Shown here: positions 38,281 through 47,900 of the stretch, piece after piece
Layout of the letters: each line of letters opens with the position of its first letter
Numbering within the stretch: position 1 is the first letter of the stretch
Source of the DNA: Magnetospiraceae bacterium
Lineage (GTDB): Bacteria; Pseudomonadota; Alphaproteobacteria; Rhodospirillales; JBMYUJ01
DNA: 64,000 nt
Reading direction: 5' to 3'
NCBI GenBank assembly: GCA_049605255.1
Contig: JBMYUJ010000001.1
Coordinates: forward strand, 25,486-89,485
Translations under genes and position numbers: made by a program
The notes under the pieces: generated by a model
What the model saw: the letters and a program-made list of their open reading frames with translations, nothing else
Told to the model about the DNA's origin: nothing
Databases searched by the model: none

Positions 38281-38359
38281 AAGGGGCCCAGGCGGCGGCG
38301 CCGTGAGCCCCGAAACCGATCGTGTGCTGCAGCATCGCCTGCGTGGCATCGGTTCCATT
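38274..38359 (-). ncRNA. Predicted ~85-nt structured sRNA convergent on MuF-PBECR2
   Basis: Between a TTGGAT-N17-TATAAT promoter and a minus-strand intrinsic terminator; two nested hairpins. Confidence 0.55.
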
Positions 38360-38365
38360 GATCCC

Positions 38366-38394
38366 ATTATACCCCCATCCCTCCCAGAATCCAA
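38366..38394 (-). promoter_or_regulatory. Sigma70-type antisense promoter
   Basis: TTGGAT (38394-38389), 17-nt spacer, TATAAT (38371-38366). Confidence 0.7.
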
Positions 38395-38553
38395 GCCGGG
38401 CGATTTTAAGGCCCGCTGAGCGCGATTCCGGTTCTGGGGTGCCGATCTACCTAAAAATCCTTAAACGCAAAATTAAACGGATTCCCGGGGCTCTCAGGGC
38501 CGTTTCCCGGGCGGGGGTCTGGCGCGCGTCCGTCTTCGCCGGACCGTCAGGGG

Positions 38554-38598
38554 TGATCAGGTGATCATGGCTACTCATGGGGGGGATATGGATACGTT
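38554..38598 (+). promoter_or_regulatory. Putative activator-dependent late promoter (head operon)
   Basis: TGATCAGGTGATCAtGGCTA-N19-TACGTT. Confidence 0.7.
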
Positions 38599-38638
38599 GA
38601 CACCTTGAACCCGAAACCGCAAGCCCCGGAGCTTTTTC

Positions 38639-39697
38639 GTGAAGCCAATTCACTTTTTCAAGACCGGAAAACATACCAGCGCCGAAGGTGTCGAGATCAG
38701 CTTCGGTGAAAACGATCTGCGCCGGGCCGCCGAAGTCTACGACCCGTCGATCCACGAAGCGCCCATCGTTATTGGCCATCCGGTCGGCGACGCGCCCGCT
38801 TATGGCTGGGTCGGCGACGTTATGTTTGACGACGCCGGGCTGCACGCGACCCCAAAAGAGGTCGATGCCCAATTCGAGGAAATGGTAGCGGCTGGGAAGT
38901 TCAAAAAGGTTTCCGCTTCCTTCTACACCCCCGAGGCATCGGCCAACCCCGTGCCAGGGAGCCTCTATTTGCGCCATCTCGGATTTCTGGGGGCCCAACC
39001 GCCCGCCGTCAAAGGGCTAAAGCCCATCGAATTCTCCGGCGGCAATGAGGGGGTCGTGACCATTGAATTCGCGGATGATGCCGATCCCAGCCAAGAGAAT
39101 GCCGGGCTGGTCGTCCGAATGTTGCGCGATATCTGCAGCCTGCTTGCAGGTGATGTGAGCCCCACCTTTACCGAGCCCGCCGATGGCGGCACCCCCCCCG
39201 AACAAGAGGAGACCCCCGTGTCCGACCCTGACGACGCCGCCAAGAAGGCGGAGCTGGATACCCGCGAGGCCGATCTGGCAAAGCGGCAACAAGAACAGGA
39301 AGTCCGTGAAGCGGCTTTTGCCGAACGCCAGGCCGTGGCTGCCGCCCAAGCTGATCTTTCTGGTCTCGTGAAAACGGGCAAGGTTCTGCCTGCCGAGGTC
39401 GAAGGCCTCGCCTCCTTCATGGCGAAACTCGACGACAAGGAGGTTATTTCCTTCGCGGAAGGCGAGGACGGAAAGGCCACGCCCCGCGCCTTCTTCAAGG
39501 GCTTCCTCAATGGTCTGCCCAAGCGGGTGGACTATTCGGAGGTTGCCGCTCCAGACGGTGGGGATGGCGGCAAACCATCGCCGCAGGAAGTTGCCCGCAA
39601 GGCCCGGGATTATGTGTCTGACCAGCGGGCCAAGGGCAATGCGGTCAGCTATTCCGAGGCCGTCGCCCATGTGACCAAGGAAGGAGAGGCGCAATGA
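38639..39697 (+). CDS. Head protease/scaffold (Mu gpI/gpZ-like)
   Basis: EAPIVIGHP, PAYGWV, KKVSASFY, LRHLGFLGAQPPAVKGL. Confidence 0.9.
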   Translation: MKPIHFFKTGKHTSAEGVEISFGENDLRRAAEVYDPSIHEAPIVIGHPVGDAPAYGWVGDVMFDDAGLHATPKEVDAQFEEMVAAGKFKKVSASFYTPEASANPVPGSLYLRHLGFLGAQPPAVKGLKPIEFSGGNEGVVTIEFADDADPSQENAGLVVRMLRDICSLLAGDVSPTFTEPADGGTPPEQEETPVSDPDDAAKKAELDTREADLAKRQQEQEVREAAFAERQAVAAAQADLSGLVKTGKVLPAEVEGLASFMAKLDDKEVISFAEGEDGKATPRAFFKGFLNGLPKRVDYSEVAAPDGGDGGKPSPQEVARKARDYVSDQRAKGNAVSYSEAVAHVTKEGEAQ

Positions 39698-40068
39698 ACC
39701 GCACCTTGATCAAGAATTTCTCCGCCGAAGGGGCGATCACCAAATACCGGATCATCAAGATCGGTGCCGCCGACGGGGGTGTGCTGCAAGGCGCCGCCGC
39801 CACGGATGCGGTGTTCGGGGTTGCGACCGACGTGGGTGCCGCCTTGGGTGAACGCTGCGACGTGGTGATGGCCGGGATCACCCATGTGGAATATGGCGGC
39901 AACGTCAATCGGGGCGATCTGCTCGTTTCTGATGCCAATGGCAAAGCGGTCGCCGCCGCCCCCGCCGCCGGTGTGAACAACCGCGTTATCGGCATGGCCA
40001 TGGTGAGCGCCGTGGATGGCGATATCGCCGATATGTGGCTGGCCGCCCATCAAATCCAAGGAGCCTGA
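39694..40068 (+). CDS. Capsid cement/decoration protein (DUF2190-like)
   Basis: Gly/Ala-rich, GDLLVSDANGKAV; between protease and capsid. Confidence 0.75.
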   Translation: MNRTLIKNFSAEGAITKYRIIKIGAADGGVLQGAAATDAVFGVATDVGAALGERCDVVMAGITHVEYGGNVNRGDLLVSDANGKAVAAAPAAGVNNRVIGMAMVSAVDGDIADMWLAAHQIQGA

Positions 40069-40071
40069 TCC

Positions 40072-41013
40072 ATGAGCCTCGAAAACAATACCGCGCCGGT
40101 GCCGGTGAACGAGCACAACACCGCTATCGCCGTCGCCTACAAGAACCCGGGCTATATCGCCGACGATGTTCTGCCGCGGGCGGATGTGGATTTTGAGAAC
40201 TTCACCTATCTGGAATACCCCGTGGCGGAAACCTTCTCGGTGACCGACGACATGGTGGGGCGGCGGTCCCCGCCCAATGAGGTGGAGTGGACAGCGACCG
40301 AAAAGCCCGGCATGACCGAAGATCACGGCTTGGATGAGCCGGTCCCCAGCAAGGATACGGCCAATGCCCGGCGCGGCGCGGACCCGCTTGCGAAATCGAC
40401 GGAGCGGCTCTCGGAGGTGATCGCGCTAAACCGGGAAATCCGCACCGCCTGGTTGGTATTCAACGCCGCCAACTATCCCGTCGGTTATAAGGAAACCCTG
40501 GTCGGTACCGATCAGTTCTCCGATTTCGCCAATTCCGACCCCTTGGATGTCATCAATACCGCGCTCGATGTGCCGTTGATGCGTCCGAACATCATGGTGG
40601 TGGGGCAGGAAGTCTGGACCAAGCTGAAGCAGCATCCGGACATCATCAAATCCATCCATGGCAATTCGGGCGATAAGGGCAATGCCACCCGCCGCGCGGT
40701 GGCCGAGCTGTTCGAGCTGGAAGACGTGCTGGTTGGGCAAAGCCGGGTCAATACCGCCGTCAAGGGGCAGACTGCCGTGCTGAACCGCATCTGGGGCAAG
40801 CATATGTCTCTGATCTATCGCAATCGCCTGGCCGATTCCCAAGGCGGCATCAGTTGGGGTCTGACCTTCCAGTGGGGAACACCCATCGCCACCGACCGGT
40901 TCGATCCGGATATCGGTATGCGAGGCGGCACCCGCAATCGGGTGGGCGAATCCCTGGTCGAGAAGATTATCGCCGCCCAGGCCGGTTACTTCATCGAAAA
41001 CGCCGTCGCCTAA
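40072..41013 (+). CDS. Major capsid protein
   Basis: TAIAVAYKN..YIADDVLP, RPNIMV.G, AGYFIENAV; position. Confidence 0.85.
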   Translation: MSLENNTAPVPVNEHNTAIAVAYKNPGYIADDVLPRADVDFENFTYLEYPVAETFSVTDDMVGRRSPPNEVEWTATEKPGMTEDHGLDEPVPSKDTANARRGADPLAKSTERLSEVIALNREIRTAWLVFNAANYPVGYKETLVGTDQFSDFANSDPLDVINTALDVPLMRPNIMVVGQEVWTKLKQHPDIIKSIHGNSGDKGNATRRAVAELFELEDVLVGQSRVNTAVKGQTAVLNRIWGKHMSLIYRNRLADSQGGISWGLTFQWGTPIATDRFDPDIGMRGGTRNRVGESLVEKIIAAQAGYFIENAVA

Positions 41014-41023
41014 AGGAGGTCGA

Positions 41024-41386
41024 GTGATGCCGACATTTGAGGTCGCAAAAGACACCATCGTCCGCGCCAACGGCAAGCTTCGCGGTGCTGGGGCCATTCT
41101 CACCTTGACCGCGGAAGAAGCCGAACCGGCGGTCGCCCTGGGGCGGCTTATCCCCGTCGACACGCCCGATGTCGATACCGATGGGGCGGGGCTTTCCGAA
41201 GCCTTGATCGCGGCGGTCAAGGAGGCGGGCACGGCGGCGGGCGACAAACAGCCCACGGTCAAGGCGGTGAACGCCCTTCTCACGAACGAAAAGGCCAACG
41301 CGAAACAGGTAGAAGCTGCCTGGATCGCGTTGACCCAAGGCAAACCAGCCGAACCCTCTGGGGGGGACGCTCTGAACCCAGAATAA
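41024..41386 (+). CDS. Hypothetical head-associated protein (Mu gp35-like position)
   Basis: AGGAGG SD, PTVKAV..LL motif. Confidence 0.6.
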   Translation: MMPTFEVAKDTIVRANGKLRGAGAILTLTAEEAEPAVALGRLIPVDTPDVDTDGAGLSEALIAAVKEAGTAAGDKQPTVKAVNALLTNEKANAKQVEAAWIALTQGKPAEPSGGDALNPE

Positions 41387-41407
41387 CCCACGTGCCGGAA
41401 GCCTGCC

Positions 41408-41457
41408 GGGGGGGGGGGGAATCCGCGCCCACGGGATCGATCCCCACCCCTTTTTTT
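41408..41457 (+). terminator. Intrinsic terminator with G12 tract
   Basis: G-run/GGGGA pairs with TCCCCACCCC, followed by T7. Confidence 0.65.
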
Positions 41458-41483
41458 CCTAAAGATACGGACCCCGCGCTCCT

Positions 41484-41705
41484 ATGACCCAAGCCCTTGC
41501 CGCCACCGATCCCGATCTTGACCGCTTGGTCCGCCGCGCCGCCGTGACCGCCGCCGCCAACCGCGCAGGCATCGCCCCGGTGCGAGCCCATGAGCATTTG
41601 GATCAAGGCGCGGCGGCGCCCGAACCGCTGACGGAGGGCGAACAAATCGCCCTCAACCAGGCCGCCCGCGCCCTGCTGGCCGAAACGTTTAGCGGAGGCG
41701 CGTGA
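41484..41705 (+). CDS. Hypothetical protein
   Basis: 73 aa ORF supplying the GGAGG SD of the next gene. Confidence 0.5.
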   Translation: MTQALAATDPDLDRLVRRAAVTAAANRAGIAPVRAHEHLDQGAAAPEPLTEGEQIALNQAARALLAETFSGGA

Positions 41706-41708
41706 TCC

Positions 41709-42137
41709 ATGGCGGTGTATGCGACCTTGCAAGACCTGATCGACAGCTTCGGCGAAGATATGCTGATCAAGCTGACCGACCGGGCCCGTCCGGCTCGGAA
41801 CGAGATCGACCAGGCCGTGACCGATCGGGCGCTCACCGCCGCCGATGATTTGATCAACGGCTTCGTGCGGGGGCGTTATAGCTTGCCGTTTGCGGAAACC
41901 CCGCCGCTGCTCAAAACCCTCGCCCTCGATATCGCCTATTACCGCCTGCATACCCATAAGGCGCCCGAACGGGTGGAGCGCGCCTATCAGGACGCCATGA
42001 ACCAACTTCGGGATATCTCTAAGGGGATCCTGGCGCTGCCGGAACCGGACGGGGATGAACCCGCCGCAGCGGGCGGCACCGTGCGGATCGACGCGGCCCC
42101 CCGCGTGTTCGATGCCGACAGTATGGAGGGGTTTTAA
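41709..42137 (+). CDS. Mu gp36 / DUF1320 head-tail adaptor
   Basis: YATLQDL, RYSLP, DIAYYRL, RAYQDA...LRDISKG. Confidence 0.88.
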   Translation: MAVYATLQDLIDSFGEDMLIKLTDRARPARNEIDQAVTDRALTAADDLINGFVRGRYSLPFAETPPLLKTLALDIAYYRLHTHKAPERVERAYQDAMNQLRDISKGILALPEPDGDEPAAAGGTVRIDAAPRVFDADSMEGF

Positions 42138-42620
42138 ATGCCCACCTCCATCAAAATCGACGATACGGAAGTGCGCGGCGCGCTCGGTAAAATGATCGCC
42201 GGGGCGGGTGACCTTTCGGCGCCCATGAGAGAGGTCGCGAGTTATGGCGAAACCTCCACGCGCGAACGGTTTTTGACCAATATCGGCCCCGATGGCAAAG
42301 CCTGGGTGCCGTCCCACCGGGCCAGGGCCACCGGTGGGAAGACGTTGTTTCAGCATGGCCATTTGCAGGATTCCCTCCATAGCCGGTCAGGCCGGGATTT
42401 CGCCGAATGGGGCACCAACAAGATTTACGCCCGGGTGCATCAATTCGGCGCGATCATCCGCGCGAAAGCGGGTGGGTTCCTGCATTTCAAGGGTAGTAAA
42501 GGCTGGGCGAAAGTGCGCAGCGTGACTTTGCCCGCGCGCCCGTTCCTCGGCCTTTCAGCCGTCGATAAGGAAGAGATCGATTTCATCTTTACCGATTACC
42601 TGCGGGGGCTCGCCCGATGA
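42138..42620 (+). CDS. Virion morphogenesis protein (Mu gpG-like)
   Basis: PDGKAW.P, GTNKIYARVHQFG, LPARPFLGLS. Confidence 0.9.
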   Translation: MPTSIKIDDTEVRGALGKMIAGAGDLSAPMREVASYGETSTRERFLTNIGPDGKAWVPSHRARATGGKTLFQHGHLQDSLHSRSGRDFAEWGTNKIYARVHQFGAIIRAKAGGFLHFKGSKGWAKVRSVTLPARPFLGLSAVDKEEIDFIFTDYLRGLAR

Positions 42621-43024
42621 TTGCCAAAGAGGTGATCGCGCGGCTCGAGGCCGAATGCCCGCTTCTGACCTTCATTGGCGGCGCCATCGATAACGCCCGC
42701 GCTCTTGAGGGCACGTCGCGCGCAGGCGAAGCCTATGTGGTGCCGGTCCGCGAATGGGGCGATCCGCCCAACACCACCGGCACCGATCAGACCAAGCATG
42801 AGCAGTTCGCCGTGGTCCTCGCGCTCGGCGCGCCCAACGATCTTACCGGCGGCGGCGCGGAAGAGCATATCCGCGATGTGGTGAATGAGGTTCGGGCCGC
42901 CCTGGTGGGCTGGCAGCCGAAAGAGGGCTGGATGGATTGTTGGTGGCGTGAAGGCGGGCCCACGGGCATCGAGCACGGCCTGATCTGGTGGCAAGAAACG
43001 TTCGAAACTTTTTATAGGGACTAA
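42617..43024 (+). CDS. Tail terminator (gp37-like)
   Basis: AYVVP, ALVGWQP, WWQETF. Confidence 0.7.
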   Translation: MIAKEVIARLEAECPLLTFIGGAIDNARALEGTSRAGEAYVVPVREWGDPPNTTGTDQTKHEQFAVVLALGAPNDLTGGGAEEHIRDVVNEVRAALVGWQPKEGWMDCWWREGGPTGIEHGLIWWQETFETFYRD

Positions 43025-43028
43025 ACCC

Positions 43029-43262
43029 ATGAGCACCCCCGAAAAAGCCCCCCGAAAGGGCGGATCGCGCATCATCGATAACGGCAAGGTGACCGCCGAA
43101 ACTGGTGGCACCCAAGATCATCCAGACGGCAACGCGCCCCGGGATGAAAAAGGCAACCGGCTGGATCGCCCCGCGCCCGCGACGCCCGCGCCCGCCAAAC
43201 CCGAAACGCCCAAACCGGCGCCCGCGAAACCCGATTCCGCGCCGCAGAAGAAGGAGGGCTGA
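43029..43262 (+). CDS. Small Pro/Lys-rich hypothetical protein
   Basis: RKGGS motif; position before tail tube. Confidence 0.55.
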   Translation: MSTPEKAPRKGGSRIIDNGKVTAETGGTQDHPDGNAPRDEKGNRLDRPAPATPAPAKPETPKPAPAKPDSAPQKKEG

Positions 43263-43265
43263 TAA

Positions 43266-44189
43266 ATGTTTTCCCGTAAATCCGTCATCACCGGAAAAAT
43301 TGAAACCACCTATGGCACCGATTCAACGCCTGATGCGGCGTCGGACGCAATCAGGGTTTCCAACCTCCAATCCACGCCCCTGGCGGCGCAGTATCAACGC
43401 CGGGAAATTGTTGACGCGCGGTTCGGCTCATTCGGCATGACACCTGTTGGTATTCATTCTCGCGTGTCTTTCGACGTCGAATTGGTGGGCGGCGGCGCTG
43501 CGGGAACACCCCCGCCGTTTGCGACGGTCCTTCGGGTCTGTTCTTTGGCGGAAACCATCAATGTGGGGACAGACGTTCAATATGCCCCGATCAGCGATGA
43601 TCCTGAATCCGGCTCTTTTTATGGCTATCTGAATGGGTCGTTCAAAAAGCATCTGGGGCTGCGCGGTACTGGCGTGCTGAGCTTCAGCGCCGGCGCCTTT
43701 CCGAAGTTCAGCTTCGAAGGAACCGCGCTTTATGTTCCGAGTGCGGATATCGCTTTGCCCAATGCCACCTATCCCGCCGCCCCGGCGCCGATCGCACTCT
43801 CCAACGCGAATACCCCAACCCATACGTTGCATGGGGTTTCGCTCAGTACCCGGGCGCTGACGGTCACCTTAGGCAATTCTGTAATTCATCGGGATATCGC
43901 GGGGGATGAGGGGGTGTTGATTACCGGTCGTTTTTCGACGGGGCGGCTTAGTGTCGACCGGGTGCTGACCGCCTCATTCAATCCGGAGGCGGTGGCAGCG
44001 GCGCAAACCCAGGATGCCTTCCAGTTCGTTCACGGCACCGTGGCGGGCAACATCATCCAGATCGATGCGCCGAAAACCCAGATCGTCGGCATCGACGAGA
44101 CCGATGACAACGGCATTGCCGGTTGGGACCTCGCCCTCGATTTCGGCCTTGATACAGCCGACAGCGAACTTCTTCTGACCTTCAAATAA
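43266..44189 (+). CDS. Tail tube protein
   Basis: KIETTYGTD, G.AGTPP, HGTVAGNI; no sheath gene nearby. Confidence 0.8.
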   Translation: MFSRKSVITGKIETTYGTDSTPDAASDAIRVSNLQSTPLAAQYQRREIVDARFGSFGMTPVGIHSRVSFDVELVGGGAAGTPPPFATVLRVCSLAETINVGTDVQYAPISDDPESGSFYGYLNGSFKKHLGLRGTGVLSFSAGAFPKFSFEGTALYVPSADIALPNATYPAAPAPIALSNANTPTHTLHGVSLSTRALTVTLGNSVIHRDIAGDEGVLITGRFSTGRLSVDRVLTASFNPEAVAAAQTQDAFQFVHGTVAGNIIQIDAPKTQIVGIDETDDNGIAGWDLALDFGLDTADSELLLTFK

Positions 44190-44201
44190 GGGCCAACATC
44201 C

Positions 44202-44549
44202 ATGCTGAAAATCAATCTGGCGGACGAACGCCGCTTCAAGGCGAAGGTAACTGTTCAAACGCCTCAGGAAAGCGGCGGAAAGCGGGAATGCTCGTTCACG
44301 GCGCATTTCCGGGTCCTCACCTATTCGGAACAAGAAGAAATTCTTGAGCGCAACCCCGGCGGCGCCGACTTCCAAATCCTGAAAACCGCGCTCGTGGGTT
44401 GGGGGGATGACCTGCAGGATGAAGAGGGGCAGCCCATCCCGTTCACCGACGATACACTGCGGGCGATCCTCGATATCCCCTATATCCGCATGGCCATGTA
44501 CCGCGCGTTCATCGCCGGAAATACAGGGACGGGCCGCACAAAAAACTAG
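44202..44549 (+). CDS. Tail assembly chaperone
   Basis: LVGW.D..DE.G..IPF; ends in slippery A AAA AAC TAG. Confidence 0.8.
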   Translation: MLKINLADERRFKAKVTVQTPQESGGKRECSFTAHFRVLTYSEQEEILERNPGGADFQILKTALVGWGDDLQDEEGQPIPFTDDTLRAILDIPYIRMAMYRAFIAGNTGTGRTKN

Positions 44550-44950
44550 AGGACGCCGCCCGTATCTGGGTCGGGGCGGCGGATGCGGACGGCGAAGACG
44601 ATACGGCGGCGGCGTTCCGCCAACTGGGCCTGCAAGAAGACGCGGCGGCCTATGAGGCGGAGCAAGAAGACGCGCAAACCGTCACCTTGTGGCGGGAAAA
44701 CATGCCGGTGTTTCGGTTCTTCCTTCTGCTCGCCCATCAATGGCACGACGCGGCAGATGGATGGCCTCGAGGGCTTGATTTTGGCGCCGCGACGGATCTG
44801 TTGAAAACCCTCGGGTACCGGCGCCGGAACCGAAAAAGGATCGTGCTTTGGCTCCGTGCCATGGAAACCGTGGTCTTGGAGGTGTACGCCGCGAAAAGGA
44901 GAGAGCGGGACCGTGACCGACTACAATCTCAAAGTCCGCCTCACGGGTGA
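44546..44950 (+). CDS. Frameshift extension of tail chaperone (DUF1799-like)
   Basis: Open -1 frame after the slippery site: W.EN...F....QW...GLD.....ME..L. Confidence 0.75.
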   Translation, partial: LEDAARIWVGAADADGEDDTAAAFRQLGLQEDAAAYEAEQEDAQTVTLWRENMPVFRFFLLLAHQWHDAADGWPRGLDFGAATDLLKTLGYRRRNRKRIVLWLRAMETVVLEVYAAKRRERDRDRLQSQSPPHG

Positions 44951-47900
44951 TGGCAGCCAGCTCAAAGCGGAGCTGGTCGGTGTCGATAAAGGGTTCGATG
45001 CGGTCGAAGACGGGGCGAAGTCGGCAGGCAATACCCTTGATGCCTATCTTCAAAAGGCGACATCCGCCTCTGGGGGGCTCGCGGTCCTTAGCCAGAATGC
45101 CCGGCAGGCCACGGGTCGCCTCGATTCCATGGCGGAAACCGCCCAACGCGCCTCCCAATCCTTCCGTGCGCAGCAACGCAGTGTTTCGGCATTATCGGGC
45201 TCTTTTGGTGCCTACACCACCGCGCAAACCCGGGCTGCCGACGTGGGTGCGGTCACGGCCCGCGCCGCGCAACAAGCGCGAACTCAGTTTCAACGCTATG
45301 CCGACGCGGTCAGAACCGCCGCCCGGGCCGCCAACGATTACGCCACAGCAGCGATCCGCGCCGAACGGGAATCCCGCCGCCTCGCCACAGCAGGGCGTAA
45401 CCTTTTCCGGGAATTCTTCAACCTTCGAAATGCCATTGTCGGGCTCGGGTTGGGCCTCGCGATCCGCGAGTCCATCGAGCTGGCCGATGCCTGGACCAAT
45501 GCGAAAAACCGGCTGAACATCTACACGACCAGCCTCGCCGAAACCAACGAGCAGCTTTCCGACCTGTTCGATCTTTCCCAGGATGCGCGCACGGGATTGG
45601 ATCAGACAACAGCCCTGTTCAACCGGTTGGTGGTGGCTCAGGATTCCCTCGGGGCCTCTACTGCCCAACTGATGGTCTTCACCGAAGGCGCCTCGAAAGC
45701 GCTGCAATTATCCGGGGCCAATGCCCAAAGTGCCGCCGGGGCCATGCTGCAGCTTAGCCAAGCCATCGGCACCGATACGGTGCGGGCGGAAGAACTGAAC
45801 TCCATCATGGAGAACTCCCCGCGCCTCGCGAAGGCCGCCGCCGAAGGCATCGAGCGCATGGCCGGGGATGTGGGAAAATTGCGCCGCGAGATTTTGGCTG
45901 GCAACGTCTCCAGCAACGAATTTTTCTATGGCATCCTCAGCCAGGTGCCGCAATTGCGCGCCGAATTCGAGAAAATGGAGATCACGGTTTCCGCCGCCAT
46001 GACCCAACTTCGCAATGGGCTGATCAAATTCGCGGGCGGCGCCAACGAGGCGACGGGGGCCTCGAAAACCCTGGTCGGGCAAATCCAAGACCTCACCGAA
46101 TGGTTGGAAACCGCCGCCGCCCAGGAGCTGGCCGCAGACCTCGCCACCCTGTTGGCCGATGGCGCGCGCCTAGCGGGCGATGCGATCTCGTTTCTATCGA
46201 AAAACCTGGACGAACTGATCATCGCGGGTGGAGCCCTGATCGGCCTGCGCTTGGGCTCTGTGTTCGGGCCCTGGGGGGCATTGATCGGCACGGCAGCCGG
46301 GGCGACTCTCACCTGGGCGACCGCGATCGATAAAGCCACGGACGCGCATATCGAACTGGAGCGGGTGATCAATAAATCTAACGCGCTCATGAAGGTGGAA
46401 AATGTCACCACCCTACACGGCGCCGAGGCGCATCTCAAAAAGGCCCGCGGCGTTCGTGAGGAAACCCAGGCGCAATTAGAGCTGCAACGGACACTTCTCA
46501 AAGGCGAACTCGCAAAAGAGGATAAAGCCTCGGGCCTGGCCTATGGCGCCATTCCGGGGCTGGATACGCCGCAGGTTGTCAATCAGTTGGAGGCCTCGGA
46601 CGCGGTCAAGGATCGGCTCCGGATCATCGCAAAGCTCAATGGTGAACTGGCACTCCAAGATGGACTGATTCGGGGTTTGGACGAACAGATTGCCCATCTG
46701 AATGTGACCAGCGTAGGTACCTTCGGAGGGGGCGGGGGAAGCGGCAGGTTACCCAATGGCGTTTCCAAGACGCGCGACGAATTCGAGAAGATGCGGGCGT
46801 CCGTCGATAAGGTATTCGCCGCCAATAAGCAGTATCGGGAAGACTATGATAAGCTGGTAAAGGCCTATGAGGCCGGAGTTGTCACCGAACAGGAAGCCTA
46901 CGACACGTCGATTCGGCTGGCCGAACAGCGGGACGAGGCGCTCCGCCGCGCGATCACCGGGCAGGAAGAGCATAGCAAGGCGACCCGCCAATCGATCAAG
47001 GACAGCGCCGATTATCAGGCGGTGCTTAGCGAGGTGGATGCCATCTTGCGCGATGCCGCATCAGTTTACGAGGCCACCCGCACCCCCGCCGAACGCTATG
47101 CCGCCACGGTCGCCACCTTGAACGAATACTTACGCCTCGGCGTGATCGATCAGGAAACCCATGCCCGCGCGGTCGACCAGGCCAAAGATGCTTATGACCG
47201 CACGGAGGAAGCCGCCAGCCGGGCGGCGGAGCGCACATCTGAGGCCTGGAAAGACGTTTCAAACGACATTTCAGGCCTGTTTAACGATGCATTGAACGGC
47301 AATATCCGGTCCTTCGAAGATTTCGCGGATCGGCTGCTGGAAATCTGGAACCGCACCGCGCTGCGCCTCGCCCAAAGCGAATTTATCGAACCGGCGGCGG
47401 AAAACCTGTTCGGCGGTTTGTTTGGGGATGCCAGCAGATCGGGTGGACCCGGTTTCAACCTGGGCAGTATCGGCAATCTCTTGGGTGGTAACTCCAGTGG
47501 ATTTTCGTCCATCGGCAGCCTGTTCGGCCTTGGTGGCGGCAGCGCCCTCGCGGGGGCGGGCACTGGCGCTGCCGCCATCGCAAATGCGGGTATTGGCGGC
47601 GCTGCCATCGGAGGTCAGGCGGCAGGCGTGGCCTCTCTCGTCGGGTCTATCGGCGCCATTGCCGCGCCCCTTGCCGCCATCGCCATCCCGCTGATCCTGA
47701 GCCAGATCGATAATGGCCCCCGGAATATCTACGCCCGGCGCTACCTCACCACGGATGGCAACGGCAATCTGGTGCCCGATGAGGCGAGGTCCTTCAACTG
47801 GAAGGATCAGGCGGGGGCCGATGTGTTCGCCGCGCTCGATGAGCTGACCGGCGCGTTTTTGGATGTGACCGGGCAGATCGAAAGCGGGCTGCGGCTCACC

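Noticed and set aside
38099-38335. 78-aa antisense ORF as the MuF immunity protein
   Set aside because: No SD, runs through the terminator, and overlaps the nuclease domain antisense; a non-coding RNA fits better.
43266-44189. Contractile Mu-type tail
   Set aside because: No sheath or baseplate wedge genes were recognised; the tail layout is siphovirus-like.
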